Source: Fimbriosthenelais zetlandica (Eukaryota). Taken from it: a DNA stretch of 64,000 bases. The stretch is from contig OZ365118.1 of NCBI GenBank assembly GCA_977030845.1, positions 22,382,001-22,446,000 on the forward strand. Direction: 5' to 3'. Of the stretch, positions 62,306 through 64,000 are shown one piece after another. The notes under the pieces were generated by a model. The model was not told the origin of the DNA. It did not search any database and was given only the letters and a program-made list of their open reading frames with translations. The translations under genes and the position numbers were made by a program. Positions within the stretch are counted from its first letter, which is position 1, and every line of letters starts with the position of its first letter.

Positions 62306-63696
62306 TCAGGTTATAGTAAAGTCAGCAGCTAGTGAGAGGTGATCAGAGGGGTAGGTGAATGAGGGCAGTCTATTCTCGCCGATCTGTTCATGATCAGGTA
62401 AAGCTAGTGTGGAGATCATGTTAAGTTTCTCATGTCGGTACCAGATGTAGTCGATGGTACGTTTAGACTCCCGCTCAGTACCGGTCGGTGATCCTCGTAT
62501 CTTCCATGTAGTATACGGCGGTTCCTGACCGGTACCGGTAGCTTGCCGGTACACACTGGTCAGGTCTAACTTACTGTCAGTAAACACCCGGTATACCGGC
62601 TCATTATAATCAGCGTTAAAATCACCACACACGATGAGAGGCTTATCCTTCACGTGCTCCTCTAAATACGCCGCTAGGTACGCCCCCTGACTGTGGCGTA
62701 GATCCTCCCAGCCTGACTTAGCTTTAAGATGAGTGGTGGCCACCACTAGCTCGCGCCCGGTGTGTCTGAGTTTGAGGTGTATAATGATACACACCTGGTT
62801 GGTATCTGTAAGGTGAGGGAGCGTCTTTAAGACTATACCCTCCACCTCCACCACATCCAGTACGCCCGTCTTTATAAACACGGCCACGCCATCAGGTCCG
62901 TTATTCCCGTCCACGTACAGCGTGGGTGAGTCAGGTTTAGGTTTAAAGTGACCCACGTACCCACACGTAGATAACGTGTGTTTAAATAAACCGTAATGAT
63001 CCACCTCCTGTAGTGTGAGGATGTCAGGGTCGTGGGTGAGAATCTCCTCCAACAGACGGAGACGACGAGATGACCAGAGTAAGGCTTCATTAGGACAACG
63101 GACAAAGTTATCCTTACCTATAGACAGGGCTGAAAAATAGACAGATATCAGATATATCCACTAAAGATGCACTGTTATTAACAGAACCAATACAGAATTA
63201 ACATTAATCTTCAGTATCCATGGTATTAATTACCTTATCTTAATATCCTTCATTGTCCATAGGTTGTAGGTCTGTTACTTATTGTGTTTTTAATGAATTA
63301 ATTCGATATAATTTATTTAAGTTTAGATATGTATAGTTCAGGGTGACTTACCATCAGCAAGTGTGTTCCACTGCATGATCCTGATCACTGATCCCGCCTC
63401 TCCTCCATTCTCCTTCCCATCTCCTCCTCCATTCTCCCTATCTTCTCCTGCCGCTCCATTCTCCTTCTCTATGGGTAGGAATTCTCTCTCTATGATGGGA
63501 GGGAGGTGTTTAAGGTGTGTTTTGACATGAGTCAGTAGTTCCGGTACCGTGTTTCCTTGCTTCACGTTGAGACCAGGTATGACTTCTGGTTCGTTCCACA
63601 TTCGTTCATATCGCTCCATGTCTATAGCTCCGTCAGGTGTGGTGTGTGGGCCGCGACAGTGGGTGGATAACCGTGAACCTCCCATCATCAGACTGA
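62306..63696 (-). CDS. NOCT: Nocturnin (EEP-fold NADP(H) phosphatase); possible further 5' exon beyond the window
   Basis: Exons 63696-63352 and 63129-62306 (phase 1). IRIMQWNTLADALSIGKDNFVRCP, LQEVDHY, TTHLKAK, CGDFNA, IDYIWY, YPSDHLSL. Confidence 0.92.
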
Positions 63697-64000
63697 CTGT
63701 AATTAAAACATTAATTAATGCTCTCATAATTCAGGTACGATCTATATCTGACTATGATACACAGAAACCCGCCTACATACAACTACAACTGGTGATGTTC
63801 TCCTTCCTTGTACTTTCCTATTGTTTGTTCTTGTCTTCTAGTCTTAAGATGAACCTTTATATTCTCTATACTATATGTGTCCACAATAAAGCTAATTTAA
63901 TTGAATGAAATCAATACCTCAGTGTTCCAAATATGTCAAGAAATAAACTAAGAACCCTGTAGTCTGAAAGATGATCAACTTATGTAGCAACTGATGTGTA

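Overview
Eukaryotic (metazoan, probably invertebrate) DNA with spliceosomal introns; no prokaryotic features, RNA genes or CRISPR arrays were seen. Bases 1-40 kb hold two tandem paralogs of an unusual type II membrane protein gene. In paralog 1 (311-28027) the '~306-313 aa ORFs' are not separate genes: their 'M' is a TTG codon. They are symmetric phase-1 exons, each flanked by a branch point, ttttatttcag acceptor and caag|gt donor. Spliced together they give ~8,330 aa: cytoplasmic 24-aa repeats, one TM anchor, 20 near-identical NHL beta-propellers and a ~2,050-aa Met-rich, N-X-T-rich mucin. Paralog 2 (30961-40014, ~2,930 aa) is the minimal form: TM, propeller, mucin, propeller. The rest of the window holds an SLCO/OATP transporter (-), a BTB-BACK/AT-hook/C2H2 protein (+), two intronless class A GPCRs (-), the 3' part of a type I receptor with a Tyr-motif tail (+) and nocturnin (-). 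It also holds a Tourist-like MITE, a LINE RT remnant, two CTCF-like motifs and several minisatellites that amplify splice acceptors. All exon models were derived by hand from splice signals and frame continuity; no transcript evidence is available.
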